Both the position numbers and the translations under genes were made by a program. A stretch of 64,000 bases of DNA, from the sequence record OR544955. One strand, given 5' to 3'. Position 1 is the first letter of the stretch. Every line of letters starts with the position of its first letter. Shown one piece after another: positions 29,264 through 38,533 of this stretch. Source of the stretch: Escherichia phage vB_EcoP_EP32B. The notes beneath the pieces are model-generated. The model worked only from the letters and a program-made list of their open reading frames with translations. It was not told the origin of the DNA and did no database searches.

Positions 29264-29568
29264 TGAACCTACGTCTTCTAGAGGATATTGATATGAGCAC
29301 TAATCATGGCTTGGTTAAGTTTATTGACGATAGTTCAAAGATTGAATTTGTTCAGCGAGATAAAATCCACGGTGAAGAAGAGTTCGTTCCTCCGGCATGG
29401 AACGAAATAATGAAAATGGTTGAACGACGTGAAAATGCTGCCAAATCGGCAGCAAAACATCCATGTCCGGAATGTGGAACTATCCAAGTCCAACTGGTTA
29501 ACTGGACCACTGATAACTTGAAATTGAAATGCCGTAAATGCTTCCACAAATTTGAGAGAACATTATAA
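29263..29568 (+). CDS. zinc-ribbon protein (101 aa)
   Basis: CPECG...CRKC four-cysteine motif. Confidence 0.55.
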   Translation: MNLRLLEDIDMSTNHGLVKFIDDSSKIEFVQRDKIHGEEEFVPPAWNEIMKMVERRENAAKSAAKHPCPECGTIQVQLVNWTTDNLKLKCRKCFHKFERTL

Positions 29569-29981
29569 TGAGATATAGCCTTCGTTGTTTTATCGCAGCT
29601 TTAGTTTTTGCCATCATTCCATTCATTTGGAACAGCCAGAATACTTACATGGAAACTAAAGTAATTCCTGTGGAGGTAGTGGAATTAATTTCAGGTCAAT
29701 CTACAGGAAAATATTCTAAATTGGAATTTATTGCAGTTTATAAAGATGAACAAGGTCGAGTTTTTGACAGGCATGTATCACCATCGTTTTATACGCTTCT
29801 TAATAAAGGTGATACGATAGCTATAGAAATTCGTGAGATGGATATCAAACAAACTACTAAAGATAACCTGATTTGGTTCTTTGGTACAGTGTTGATGTTC
29901 TCTATCGGTATCACAGGTTTTATTACATGCATTGTATTTGGTGTTGCATATTTAATCGATGAAAGGAAAAATAATGTTTAA
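29568..29981 (+). CDS. membrane protein (137 aa)
   Basis: N- and C-terminal hydrophobic segments. Confidence 0.55.
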   Translation: MRYSLRCFIAALVFAIIPFIWNSQNTYMETKVIPVEVVELISGQSTGKYSKLEFIAVYKDEQGRVFDRHVSPSFYTLLNKGDTIAIEIREMDIKQTTKDNLIWFFGTVLMFSIGITGFITCIVFGVAYLIDERKNNV

Positions 29982-30237
29982 AGTGTACGGGTATGACTCT
30001 ACTATTCATAAATGCATTTATTGCGATAATGCGAAACGATTGCTGACTGTTAAGAAACAGCCATTCGAATTCATTAATGTTATGCCAGAAAAAGGTGTGT
30101 TCGATGATGAGAAAATTGCTGAGCTTCTGGTTAAGCTTGGCCGTGAATCACAAGTCGGATTGACTATGCCTCAAGTGTTTGCTCCTGATGGAACTTCGAT
30201 CGGTGGCTTTGACCAACTACGAGAATATTTTAAATGA
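29974..30237 (+). CDS. nrdC: thioredoxin/glutaredoxin NrdC
   Basis: MFKVYGYDSTIHKCIYCDNAKRLL...GGFDQLREYFK, CxxC motif, matches recalled T4 NrdC. Confidence 0.9.
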   Translation: MFKVYGYDSTIHKCIYCDNAKRLLTVKKQPFEFINVMPEKGVFDDEKIAELLVKLGRESQVGLTMPQVFAPDGTSIGGFDQLREYFK

Positions 30238-30377
30238 CAATGGTTACCATTACCGTTGAAGAATATAATCGCCTGCAAGCCATTGAAGAGCTTCTTTGGG
30301 AAATTGAATCTGATTTGCCATCTGGGCTAGAATCCTGGGTTGATTATGAAGAGATCAATAAGCTCCGCGGTTAAACC
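30237..30377 (+). CDS. small acidic protein (46 aa)
   Basis: ATGA overlap with nrdC stop; below track cutoff. Confidence 0.35.
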
Positions 30378-30502
30378 GTGGTATTCGGCTCGATGGGAGA
30401 CAGTCGAGCCAGACGTCGAAACGGTTTACAACTACGAAGAACCATGTTATGATGAACCTTCAATAAATGAATTAATTGATATGGAAATGGGAAGAGATTA
30501 TT

Positions 30503-30673
30503 ATGCAAGTTAAATTATTATACCGTTTATTAAAAAATGGCAAGCATGATTGGTATTTGCTTATTAAAACCGATCCGAATTTTTTCTCTGGACAACCATT
30601 TACAGTTCGTCCTACTAAACGTCAGCTTCGCAAAGCTAAACGTTCTCATCGTAACTTTTATAGAGAATATTGA
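30503..30673 (+). CDS. small basic protein (56 aa)
   Basis: frame of track ORF 30476..30673, start MQVKLLYRLL. Confidence 0.35.
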   Translation: MQVKLLYRLLKNGKHDWYLLIKTDPNFFSGQPFTVRPTKRQLRKAKRSHRNFYREY

Positions 30674-30674
30674 T

Positions 30675-31088
30675 ATGAATATTTCTGAAACTCGCGGTAA
30701 ATGGTTCAAGATTGTTAAAGAAGACGAAGAACTCCAAGATAAGTTTCCTGAATTAAAGAAAGATACGATCATCAAGGTAATTGGTACTACTACCGAAGAT
30801 GGTTATGGCGACCATGGCATTATCGAAGTGATGTTGAACACAGGTGAGAAACTTTGCATCTATGACCGTGATACTTCTCTTTGGTGCTTCTGGGAATCCC
30901 ATTCAATAGATGAACTCGAAGAAATTGACCAAGTAGTTTGTGATGGTGGTCTTGGCGAATTCGAAGGTGAACGTATTTCTTATGCTTTAGCTAAATTAGC
31001 CGGTCAAGAAAATAACGACGGTTATGAAGGTAATCTGATGCAAGCAGCCGCAGAATACATTGAATATTTAGAAAGACGTTTAAGTTAA
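30675..31088 (+). CDS. hypothetical acidic protein (137 aa)
   Basis: start MNISETRGKWF overlapping upstream stop (TGATATG). Confidence 0.55.
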   Translation: MNISETRGKWFKIVKEDEELQDKFPELKKDTIIKVIGTTTEDGYGDHGIIEVMLNTGEKLCIYDRDTSLWCFWESHSIDELEEIDQVVCDGGLGEFEGERISYALAKLAGQENNDGYEGNLMQAAAEYIEYLERRLS

Positions 31089-31127
31089 GTAATAAATACC
31101 CTTATCTATTTAAGGTAAGGGTTTATC

Positions 31128-31601
31128 ATGTTATTATCAGGCGCAAAATATAAAGAAGAAAAACAAAAATTTTATGATGCACAGAATGGTAAGTGTCCTA
31201 TTTGCCACCGTGAATTAGACCCTGATGTTCAAGGTAACCATCTTGACCACGACCATGAATTAAACGGGCCAAAAGCCGGTAGAGTTCGTGGGTTACTATG
31301 TAACCTGTGCAATGCAGCAGAAGGTCAAATGAAGCATAAGTTCAACCGTTCTGGTCTTAAAGGTCAAAACGTTGACTACCTCGAATGGCTTGAAGCTCTT
31401 CTTGCTTATTTGAAACAAGATTATTCTGATAATAATATCCATCCTAATTTTGTTCCAGACAAAACTAAAGAGTTCTCAAGACTAGGTAAAGAGGAAATGA
31501 TGGCCGAGATGCTTCAAAGAGGATTTGAATATAATGAATCTGATACTAAAACACAATTAATAGCTTCATTCAAAAAGCAGCTTAGAAAGAGTTTAAAATG
31601 A
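31128..31601 (+). CDS. 49: endonuclease VII (Holliday junction resolvase) gp49
   Basis: MLLSGAKYKEEKQKFYDAQNGKCPICHRELDPDVQGNHLDHDHELNGP..., matches recalled T4 endo VII. Confidence 0.95.
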   Translation: MLLSGAKYKEEKQKFYDAQNGKCPICHRELDPDVQGNHLDHDHELNGPKAGRVRGLLCNLCNAAEGQMKHKFNRSGLKGQNVDYLEWLEALLAYLKQDYSDNNIHPNFVPDKTKEFSRLGKEEMMAEMLQRGFEYNESDTKTQLIASFKKQLRKSLK

Positions 31602-33415
31602 AAATTGAAAAAGAAATTGAAGGATTAATTCGTAAAACTAATAAAGATCTTTTAAACGAGAATGCTAATAAAGATTCTCGTGTTTTTCCAACTCAACGGG
31701 ACCTTATGGCTGGTATTGTGTCTAAGCACATTGCCAAAAATATGGTCCCGTCTTTTATTATGAAAGCGCATGAAAGTGGAATTATCCACATGCATGATAT
31801 TGATTATTCTCCTGCTCTTCCGTTTACTAATTGTTGTTTAGTCGATTTAAAGGGGATGCTTGAGAACGGATTTAAATTAGGCAATGCTCAAATTGAAACG
31901 CCTAAATCGATTGGTGTTGCTACTGCAATTATGGCACAAATTACTGCACAAGTTGCTTCACATCAGTATGGCGGAACTACATTTGCAAATGTCGATAAAG
32001 TTCTTTCTCCTTATGTTAAACGCACATACGCTAAACATGTTGAAGATGCGGAAAAATGGCAAATCGCTGATGCGTTGAATTATGCTCAATCCAAAACAGA
32101 AAAAGATGTCTATGACGCGTTCCAAGCTTATGAATATGAAGTAAATACTCTCTTTAGTTCAAATGGGCAAACGCCTTTTGTAACAATTACATTTGGTACG
32201 GGAACCGACTGGACTGAACGAATGATTCAGAAGGCAATTCTTAAAAACCGCATTAAAGGTCTTGGTCGTGATGGAATAACTCCTATTTTCCCTAAGCTTG
32301 TTATGTTTGTTGAAGAAGGTGTTAATCTTTATAAAGATGATCCGAACTATGATATTAAGCAGCTTGCTCTAGAGTGTGCAAGTAAAAGGATGTATCCTGA
32401 CATTATTTCGGTTAAGAATAATAAAGCTATTACCGGTTCTTCAATTCCAGTTTCTCCAATGGGTTGCCGTAGTTTCTTGGGCGTATGGAAAGATTCGACT
32501 GGTAATGAAATTCTTGATGGACGTAATAATCTCGGTGTTGTAACGCTGAATCTTCCTCGAATTGCGTTAGATTCTTATATTGGAACACAATTTAACGAAC
32601 AGAAATTTGTTGAATTATTCAATGAACGAATGGATTTGTGTTTTGAAGCATTGATGTGTAGAATTAGTTCCTTAAAAGGAGTTAAAGCGACTGTTGCTCC
32701 TATTCTTTACCAAGAAGGTGCATTCGGGGTTCGTCTTAAACCCGATGACGATATAATTGAGTTATTTAAAAACGGTAGAAGTTCAGTGTCCTTAGGATAC
32801 ATTGGTATTCACGAATTGAATATTCTTGTTGGTCGTGATATTGGACAAGAAATTTTAACTAAAATGAATGCTCTTCTTAAACAATGGACTGAAAGAACTG
32901 GGTTTGCTTTTAGCTTGTATTCTACACCTGCTGAAAACCTTTGTTATCGTTTCTGTAAACTAGACACAGAAAAATATGGAAGTGTAAAGGATGTTACTGA
33001 TAAAGGATGGTATACTAACAGTTTCCACGTTTCAGTAGAAGAAAATATTACTCCGTTTGAAAAGATTTCTCGTGAAGCACCATATCATTTCATTGCGACA
33101 GGTGGTCACATTTCTTATGTTGAACTTCCTGATATGAAAAACAACCTAAAAGGACTTGAGGCTGTATGGGATTATGCTGCACAGCATTTAGATTATTTTG
33201 GTGTTAATATGCCAGTAGATAAATGTTTTACATGTGGAAGTACCCATGAAATGACTCCGACTGAAAATGGATTTGTTTGTTCTATTTGTGGAGAAACTGA
33301 TCCTAAAAAGATGAACACAATAAGAAGAACATGCGGCTATTTGGGGAATCCGAACGAACGAGGATTTAATCTCGGCAAAAATAAAGAAATCATGCATAGG
33401 GTTAAACACCAATGA
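31598..33415 (+). CDS. nrdD: anaerobic ribonucleoside-triphosphate reductase NrdD
   Basis: 605 aa contiguous ORF; C-terminal Cys cluster CFTCGSTHE...CSICG and glycine-radical region. Confidence 0.95.
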   Translation: MKIEKEIEGLIRKTNKDLLNENANKDSRVFPTQRDLMAGIVSKHIAKNMVPSFIMKAHESGIIHMHDIDYSPALPFTNCCLVDLKGMLENGFKLGNAQIETPKSIGVATAIMAQITAQVASHQYGGTTFANVDKVLSPYVKRTYAKHVEDAEKWQIADALNYAQSKTEKDVYDAFQAYEYEVNTLFSSNGQTPFVTITFGTGTDWTERMIQKAILKNRIKGLGRDGITPIFPKLVMFVEEGVNLYKDDPNYDIKQLALECASKRMYPDIISVKNNKAITGSSIPVSPMGCRSFLGVWKDSTGNEILDGRNNLGVVTLNLPRIALDSYIGTQFNEQKFVELFNERMDLCFEALMCRISSLKGVKATVAPILYQEGAFGVRLKPDDDIIELFKNGRSSVSLGYIGIHELNILVGRDIGQEILTKMNALLKQWTERTGFAFSLYSTPAENLCYRFCKLDTEKYGSVKDVTDKGWYTNSFHVSVEENITPFEKISREAPYHFIATGGHISYVELPDMKNNLKGLEAVWDYAAQHLDYFGVNMPVDKCFTCGSTHEMTPTENGFVCSICGETDPKKMNTIRRTCGYLGNPNERGFNLGKNKEIMHRVKHQ

Positions 33416-33882
33416 ATTATGATAGATTTTATCCTTGCGATTTTGTGAATGGCCCTGGTTGCAGGGTCGTTCTTTTCGTTACGGGTTGTTTGCATAAATG
33501 CGAAGGGTGTTATAATAAATCAACATGGAATGCTAGAAATGGTACTCCATTCACTGGAGAGACACTAGAACAATTAATTGAATGTTTGAATAATGATTAT
33601 ATAGAAGGATTGACTATAACCGGAGGAGACCCTCTCTATCCTGATAACCGAGATGTTATTCATCGCATTGCTCAAACAGTAAAAAATCTTTATCCTAATA
33701 AAAGCATTTGGTTGTGGACAGGATACAAGTTTGAAGATATTAAACAACTAGAAATGCTTAAATATGTTGATGTTATTATTGATGGGAAGTATGAGAAAAA
33801 TCTTCCGACTAAAAAGCTGTGGCGAGGATCAGATAATCAGCGACTTTGGTCAAATACCGATGGGGTGTGGAAACATGATTAA
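33412..33882 (+). CDS. nrdG: anaerobic RNR activating enzyme NrdG (radical SAM)
   Basis: CLHKCEGCYN radical-SAM cysteine motif. Confidence 0.9.
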   Translation: MNYDRFYPCDFVNGPGCRVVLFVTGCLHKCEGCYNKSTWNARNGTPFTGETLEQLIECLNNDYIEGLTITGGDPLYPDNRDVIHRIAQTVKNLYPNKSIWLWTGYKFEDIKQLEMLKYVDVIIDGKYEKNLPTKKLWRGSDNQRLWSNTDGVWKHD

Positions 33883-33992
33883 ATTGAATTACATTATGGA
33901 TACTATAAATGATATGATTTTTCGTTTTGGTCCAGAATTTTATTCGCAATATAGTTTAATGATTATCAATGCTTAGTTAATTAAGGGTAAAT

Positions 33993-34208
33993 ATGTACAA
34001 ATTTCGTAAAGGTTTAGCTGATTTTCTTACAACTGTAACGTTCTTTTTGTTTATGGCAGTTGGAGCTATTTTTCTTATTCCTTTTACTGCTGTATTTTTC
34101 GTGATTAGTTTAATTTCTCCGGAAAAGGGTTTATCCTCCAGCGAATTCAATGAACGTTTGGACAAAATTACTAATAAACTGAATTCTGTTCTTGATAAAA
34201 AGGCTTAA
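33993..34208 (+). CDS. membrane protein (71 aa)
   Basis: two hydrophobic helices. Confidence 0.5.
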   Translation: MYKFRKGLADFLTTVTFFLFMAVGAIFLIPFTAVFFVISLISPEKGLSSSEFNERLDKITNKLNSVLDKKA

Positions 34209-34210
34209 TT

Positions 34211-34519
34211 ATGATTAGTTTTGAGATTGAAATTTATGGCATCCCTGAAGAAGTAGGACGTTGTCCAGGATGTTATACTGTTACAAAACTTTTAAAGGAA
34301 CTCAATGCTCCTTATACATTTTATAAAGTCCTCACTAATAATGGTAAGATTGAATATGACCGTCCTTTAATCGTATCTCTTGCTAAACGTGCAGGATTCA
34401 CTTCACTTAATATTCGTTATCCTGTCATATTTTTAAATGGTAAGAAACAAAAGAATATTGCAGAGTTTAAAAAGTCCTTGATTTCATTAGGATACGACTC
34501 TGATATCATAGAAGATTGA
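34211..34519 (+). CDS. glutaredoxin-like protein (NrdH-like?)
   Basis: CPGC redox motif near N-terminus, about 100 aa, adjacent to nrdG. Confidence 0.5.
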   Translation: MISFEIEIYGIPEEVGRCPGCYTVTKLLKELNAPYTFYKVLTNNGKIEYDRPLIVSLAKRAGFTSLNIRYPVIFLNGKKQKNIAEFKKSLISLGYDSDIIED

Positions 34520-34545
34520 CCAGGTGCTGCCTGGTCTTCTTTATC
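34519..34545 (+). terminator. possible terminator hairpin
   Basis: ACCAGG-TGCTG-CCTGGT followed by a T-rich tract. Confidence 0.4.
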
Positions 34546-34685
34546 CCATTTCTAATATAATCCATTGGAATCTTCACTTCACTATCTCCTTGTGCCCCTC
34601 TCAAATCAAAAATATTTTCATAAAACAGTTTACATCCTCAATAGATATGTTAAGATTAACACCATCTACCACAGAGGAAAATAAA

Positions 34686-34868
34686 ATGACAATTGAAGAT
34701 AAAGAAATTAAGGCTGACCAGTACTATTCTGTCAACGGTAATGCAGTACAGATAACCAGAGTTTCAAGCCTGGATGTTTGGTACCGTTCAATCAAATATC
34801 CAGAAATTGGTGAAATGCTTTGTGACCGTGGTATCTTCTGTTCAATTGCGAAGGAAATTAAGCCATGA
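34686..34868 (+). CDS. hypothetical protein (60 aa)
   Basis: start MTIEDKEIK after GAGGAAAATAAA; upstream CAGTTTAC promoter. Confidence 0.5.
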   Translation: MTIEDKEIKADQYYSVNGNAVQITRVSSLDVWYRSIKYPEIGEMLCDRGIFCSIAKEIKP

Positions 34869-35092
34869 TTAGTTTAGATTCAAAGAAAGTTGTTCTAACC
34901 CTTAAAGTTAATGCGATTTGCATGTTGAAATTGCTAATGGCGTTCGTACTTATCAAGCAAATAAAACTCATTGGGATTATATCCCGATGTTGACGCTTAC
35001 TCAGCGTTTAGAATCAATCGGTCTTAAAGACCTTTCAGTAAGTGAAGTGAATTTTATCAAACGCGTTGTATCAATCAACCTCTGAGGTACTT

Positions 35093-35254
35093 ATGGGTAA
35101 AACGTATCGTCGTAAAGATTTGAAAGTTCGCGATTATGACTATTTTGGTAAACGTAAAGCTCCTGACGGTGTTAGCCACAAAGACATGGTTGAAAACATA
35201 TTCCGCTCTGATAAATGGAAGCGTATGAAAGGCGTTGATTCTGAAGTCAAATGA
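35093..35254 (+). CDS. hypothetical basic protein (53 aa)
   Basis: start MGKTYRRKDL after GAGGTA. Confidence 0.45.
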   Translation: MGKTYRRKDLKVRDYDYFGKRKAPDGVSHKDMVENIFRSDKWKRMKGVDSEVK

Positions 35255-35255
35255 A

Positions 35256-35384
35256 ATGAATCGACAACTCCGCAAAGAAGTTCGTAAGTTGAAAAAAGAT
35301 GTTTACAGTAAAGAAGAGTATGATTATAATACTTCTCATACTGAAGCCAAACGTAAAGCTAACGAATGTTATCGTTACAGTTGA
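35256..35384 (+). CDS. small basic protein (42 aa)
   Basis: MNRQLRKEVRKLKKD...; below track cutoff. Confidence 0.3.
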   Translation: MNRQLRKEVRKLKKDVYSKEEYDYNTSHTEAKRKANECYRYS

Positions 35385-35391
35385 GGAAATT

Positions 35392-35526
35392 ATGAATATC
35401 AAACGAATGCTTTTTAAGCAGGGATTATATACTTTAAATGTTAATCCAAAGGGTGATACAACTAAATGGTCTGTAAATGACTGGATTAAGTTCATCGATG
35501 AAAATGGGGCGTGGAACACAAAATGA
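35392..35526 (+). CDS. small protein (44 aa)
   Basis: MNIKRMLFKQG after GAGGAAATT. Confidence 0.35.
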   Translation: MNIKRMLFKQGLYTLNVNPKGDTTKWSVNDWIKFIDENGAWNTK

Positions 35527-35723
35527 ATCCTGAAAATATTGTGTCATGGCAACTTCGTGAAGAACGTGCCGAATTCTTTGCCAATATGAAACTCAACGGT
35601 GTTGAGGATGAAGACTTTTTACGTTGGTTCTGGATTTACAAATACAAAGAATGCCAACATGCTGTGCTATTGACTTGCGCAGTTATGTACGAAGGCTGGA
35701 AAGGCGCTAAAAAGTTCGGTTAA
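35523..35723 (+). CDS. hypothetical protein (66 aa)
   Basis: ATGA overlap; MNPENIVSWQL. Confidence 0.45.
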   Translation: MNPENIVSWQLREERAEFFANMKLNGVEDEDFLRWFWIYKYKECQHAVLLTCAVMYEGWKGAKKFG

Positions 35724-35786
35724 TAATATACAACGATAGGAAGATAATAACATGACTTCCTATCGTCTTAAAATGAGGAAAATATC

Positions 35787-36026
35787 ATGGCCCAAGAATT
35801 AGATTTTATCAAATTCAAAAAACACCTCGACGTTAAAATTGGGGATTCAATTGTTAGGATTGAGTATGACATTTTAACAGATGCTATTACTGTTAGTTGT
35901 GATGGAAATAGTTTCAGCTTCGATACAACCGAAAACAAATACCCAATATATAAAGGTATCTTTGATATGGGTGTCGATATCAGCCCACGCGATACAAATT
36001 ACTTGCTTTTCATGCTTAAAAAATAG
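35787..36026 (+). CDS. hypothetical protein (79 aa)
   Basis: ORF with GAGGAAAAT Shine-Dalgarno. Confidence 0.5.
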   Translation: MAQELDFIKFKKHLDVKIGDSIVRIEYDILTDAITVSCDGNSFSFDTTENKYPIYKGIFDMGVDISPRDTNYLLFMLKK

Positions 36027-36055
36027 TGTACAGACTCTTGAGAGCAGAGTATAAT
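36027..36055 (+). promoter_or_regulatory. early promoter
   Basis: GTGTAC -35 variant and GAGTATAATG -10. Confidence 0.4.
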
Positions 36056-36092
36056 GCCCTCGTTGGATAATAAAATAACCGAGGAAAATAAT

Positions 36093-36425
36093 ATGTCTAC
36101 TAAAATCAAAAACGTAGTTAATTCTTTCGCTTTCGATAAAGTTGTTGCTCTTCTGGAATCCGGCAATATTGTTACTCCTCAAGTTCTTGACGCGTGGGAA
36201 TTCCGTCTTTATGAAATCATGCAAAAACACGACCAGAAAATTGGACGTAATTCTATTCGTGAAATTCTAGTACAATATATTCTTTCTGAATTTGACGTTG
36301 CTGCATTTGGTGTTGAATCTAAAGCTTATCAGAAACATGAAATCTCTGAAAAGACTATCCGTCGTATGAAAAATCAACGTAAGAAAAAATTCGCTGACTT
36401 GAAAATTGTTAAGGCGGTAAAATGA
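36093..36425 (+). CDS. hypothetical protein (110 aa)
   Basis: start MSTKIKNVV after GAGGAAAATAAT. Confidence 0.55.
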   Translation: MSTKIKNVVNSFAFDKVVALLESGNIVTPQVLDAWEFRLYEIMQKHDQKIGRNSIREILVQYILSEFDVAAFGVESKAYQKHEISEKTIRRMKNQRKKKFADLKIVKAVK

Positions 36426-36649
36426 GCGTATTAACAGAAACTTTGATTAATGACCTGCGTCTAGCTGGTTACGAAGTTGGTACAAATAGCCTAGGTCTTC
36501 CTCAGATTGAAGGTCCTGGATTTATTTTGGAATATGAATTCAAACAATGGTGGTTATATGCTACGGTTGACGATGCGTTGAATATTGATTTCGTTGACCA
36601 ATTTGATTCGCTGGATGCTGCTCTTGAAGCAGCAAAGGAACTAGAATGA
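36422..36649 (+). CDS. hypothetical acidic protein (75 aa)
   Basis: ATGA overlap. Confidence 0.5.
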   Translation: MSVLTETLINDLRLAGYEVGTNSLGLPQIEGPGFILEYEFKQWWLYATVDDALNIDFVDQFDSLDAALEAAKELE

Positions 36650-36915
36650 AATTAACTCGAATCAGTATAACTGAAGAAAAGCTGGGCGAATTTTATGTTG
36701 ACGAATACATGAAAGTTACGTATTTTCCATTCGTTAAAGGTGTTGGTTTTTGGGAAACTCATGTATCTCAATTAAACGAAGGCGACTATAACGAAACACA
36801 TGAGAACTTTTTAGATTTTCTTTATAATGCCGGTCTTACTGAGCTTTATATCGATATCCATGAGTTCAAACGTTTAATGGAAAAAGTGTTTCAGGCTTAT
36901 TGTTTGCTCCGATAG
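36646..36915 (+). CDS. hypothetical protein (89 aa)
   Basis: ATGA overlap. Confidence 0.5.
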   Translation: MKLTRISITEEKLGEFYVDEYMKVTYFPFVKGVGFWETHVSQLNEGDYNETHENFLDFLYNAGLTELYIDIHEFKRLMEKVFQAYCLLR

Positions 36916-36922
36916 TATCTCG

Positions 36923-36958
36923 TGCTTTAAGATAGGTCTCTAAATATTATGATATAAT
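36923..36958 (+). promoter_or_regulatory. possible MotA-dependent middle promoter for gene 55
   Basis: TGCTTTA MotA-box-like element about 20 bp upstream of GATATAAT; inverted repeat AGGTCT...AGACCT. Confidence 0.4.
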
Positions 36959-36987
36959 AGACCTATGAATTGAGCCAAGAGGTACTT

Positions 36988-37545
36988 ATGACTGAACAAA
37001 AACCTAAAAATAACTATGTGAATAATAAAGAGCTTCTCGCCGCTATAATCGAGTGGAAAAAGGAGCTCTTAAATAATAAAGACCCAAACAAAATTATTCG
37101 TCAGAATGATACCATCGGTTTAGCAATTATGCTTATCGCCGAAGGCCTGTCCAAACGTTTCAACTTTTCAGGATATACCCAGTCTTGGAAGCAGGAGATG
37201 ATTGCAGATGGGATTGAAGCCTCTATTAAGGGACTTCATAATTTCGACGAAACTAAGTACAATAACCCACATGCATACATAACTCGAGCTTGTTTTAATG
37301 CTTTTGTCCAACGTATCAAAAAAGAACGTAAGGAAGTTGCAAAGAAATATAGTTACTTCGTTCATAATGTCTACGACAGTCATGACGATGATATGGTAGC
37401 GTTGGTAGATGAAACGTTTATTCAAGACATCTACGATAAAATGACGCATTATGAAGAATCCGCTTATAAAGCTCCTGGGGCTGAAAAGAAGGAAGTTGTT
37501 AGCGATTCGCCTAGTTTGGATTTTTTATATGAGGATGACAATTGA
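36988..37545 (+). CDS. 55: late transcription sigma factor gp55
   Basis: [63 protein letters not shown]..., matches recalled T4 gp55. Confidence 0.9.
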   Translation: MTEQKPKNNYVNNKELLAAIIEWKKELLNNKDPNKIIRQNDTIGLAIMLIAEGLSKRFNFSGYTQSWKQEMIADGIEASIKGLHNFDETKYNNPHAYITRACFNAFVQRIKKERKEVAKKYSYFVHNVYDSHDDDMVALVDETFIQDIYDKMTHYEESAYKAPGAEKKEVVSDSPSLDFLYEDDN

Positions 37546-37744
37546 CATCTCTAACTACTTAGAAGAACCTTTTGACGAAGCAATCCCTTATTTGGTAAAA
37601 CTGTTGGGTCGTGAATTTAAAATTAATTTTGACATCGACCCTTTGAACCCACACGACGTGTCATTTTCGATAAATGGGACTCCAGTTGAGTACGAGTTCT
37701 GTATTGAAGAGGATGGACGTTTTTATTTTAATTTAATGAGATAA
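37529..37744 (+). CDS. hypothetical protein (71 aa)
   Basis: frame of ORF 37451..37744; start [10 protein letters not shown] overlapping gp55 end. Confidence 0.4.
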   Translation: MRMTIDISNYLEEPFDEAIPYLVKLLGREFKINFDIDPLNPHDVSFSINGTPVEYEFCIEEDGRFYFNLMR

Positions 37745-37745
37745 T

Positions 37746-38069
37746 ATGACTACCGAGATTATTGAAAATAAAGAAGCAGAAGATGCAGTAGCTAAAATGC
37801 TACAAGAAATCCAAAAGAAAAATGAAGCTGAAGCACGTAAAAAATCCGAAAAGATTCTTAAAAAGAATCGTTTTGAACTAAACCGTCTTTATGCTCACGC
37901 TCAAGAAGCAGCAATTCAAAACAACTTCGAAGCTTACGAATATGCTATTAAGAAATCTCGGGATATTCTACGACAACCATATAATGACAAGTTAATTAAA
38001 ATCCAGTGGGTTACTACTCGTCAGGCTATTGAGGACATTATTAATGGCGCTAGTTCAAACAAAGTTTAA
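37746..38069 (+). CDS. hypothetical protein (107 aa)
   Basis: charged helical ORF. Confidence 0.5.
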   Translation: MTTEIIENKEAEDAVAKMLQEIQKKNEAEARKKSEKILKKNRFELNRLYAHAQEAAIQNNFEAYEYAIKKSRDILRQPYNDKLIKIQWVTTRQAIEDIINGASSNKV

Positions 38070-38250
38070 ACGTCTGAAACTGAACGCAGGGTTCACCCTT
38101 AAATTGGGAGGTCCTCTTTGTGTTAAAATTTCTGAAAAGGAATATCACGACGGTTCTATTACAGAAATTTGTCCGCCTATTGTAAAGGCAGACCCAAAAC
38201 AACTCGTATGGGTCGATTCATTTCAAGTTAAGAAATGGTGGAAACGATGA
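38044..38250 (+). CDS. hypothetical protein (68 aa)
   Basis: frame of ORF 38029..38250, start MALVQTKFKRL. Confidence 0.4.
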   Translation: MALVQTKFKRLKLNAGFTLKLGGPLCVKISEKEYHDGSITEICPPIVKADPKQLVWVDSFQVKKWWKR

Positions 38251-38289
38251 GAGAAATTGATTTAGGCATTTTCTGAGAGGTGCTTATGC

Positions 38290-38463
38290 ATGACGAACAT
38301 CCCGACTTCTGAAAATTTCGATAAAATCCGTAAAGGCAAAGCAGAAAGAATGAGACGTTTTAAAGAGTCTTATGATAAAGCTAAAGCCGAAGGAACTATT
38401 ACATACAAGCCCATTCGATTTAAAAGTTCAAATGAGCCTCTGTACGGCGTACTATGTGGATAG
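38290..38463 (+). CDS. small basic protein (57 aa)
   Basis: MTNIPTSENFDKIRKGKAE...; GAGGTG upstream; ends at terminator. Confidence 0.35.
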   Translation: MTNIPTSENFDKIRKGKAERMRRFKESYDKAKAEGTITYKPIRFKSSNEPLYGVLCG

Positions 38464-38487
38464 GAACTCTTCGGAGTTCCTTTTTTT
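38463..38487 (+). terminator. UUCG-tetraloop hairpin terminator
   Basis: GGAACTC-TTCG-GAGTTCC followed by TTTTTTT. Confidence 0.6.
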
Positions 38488-38533
38488 GCTTTATAAACGG
38501 ATGATAGAATGAATTAATTAATGAGGAAATAAT

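Noticed and set aside
31598-33415. Group I intron or homing endonuclease in nrdD, as in T4
   Set aside because: NrdD is one uninterrupted 605-codon ORF and no GIY-YIG or HNH endonuclease ORF is nearby.
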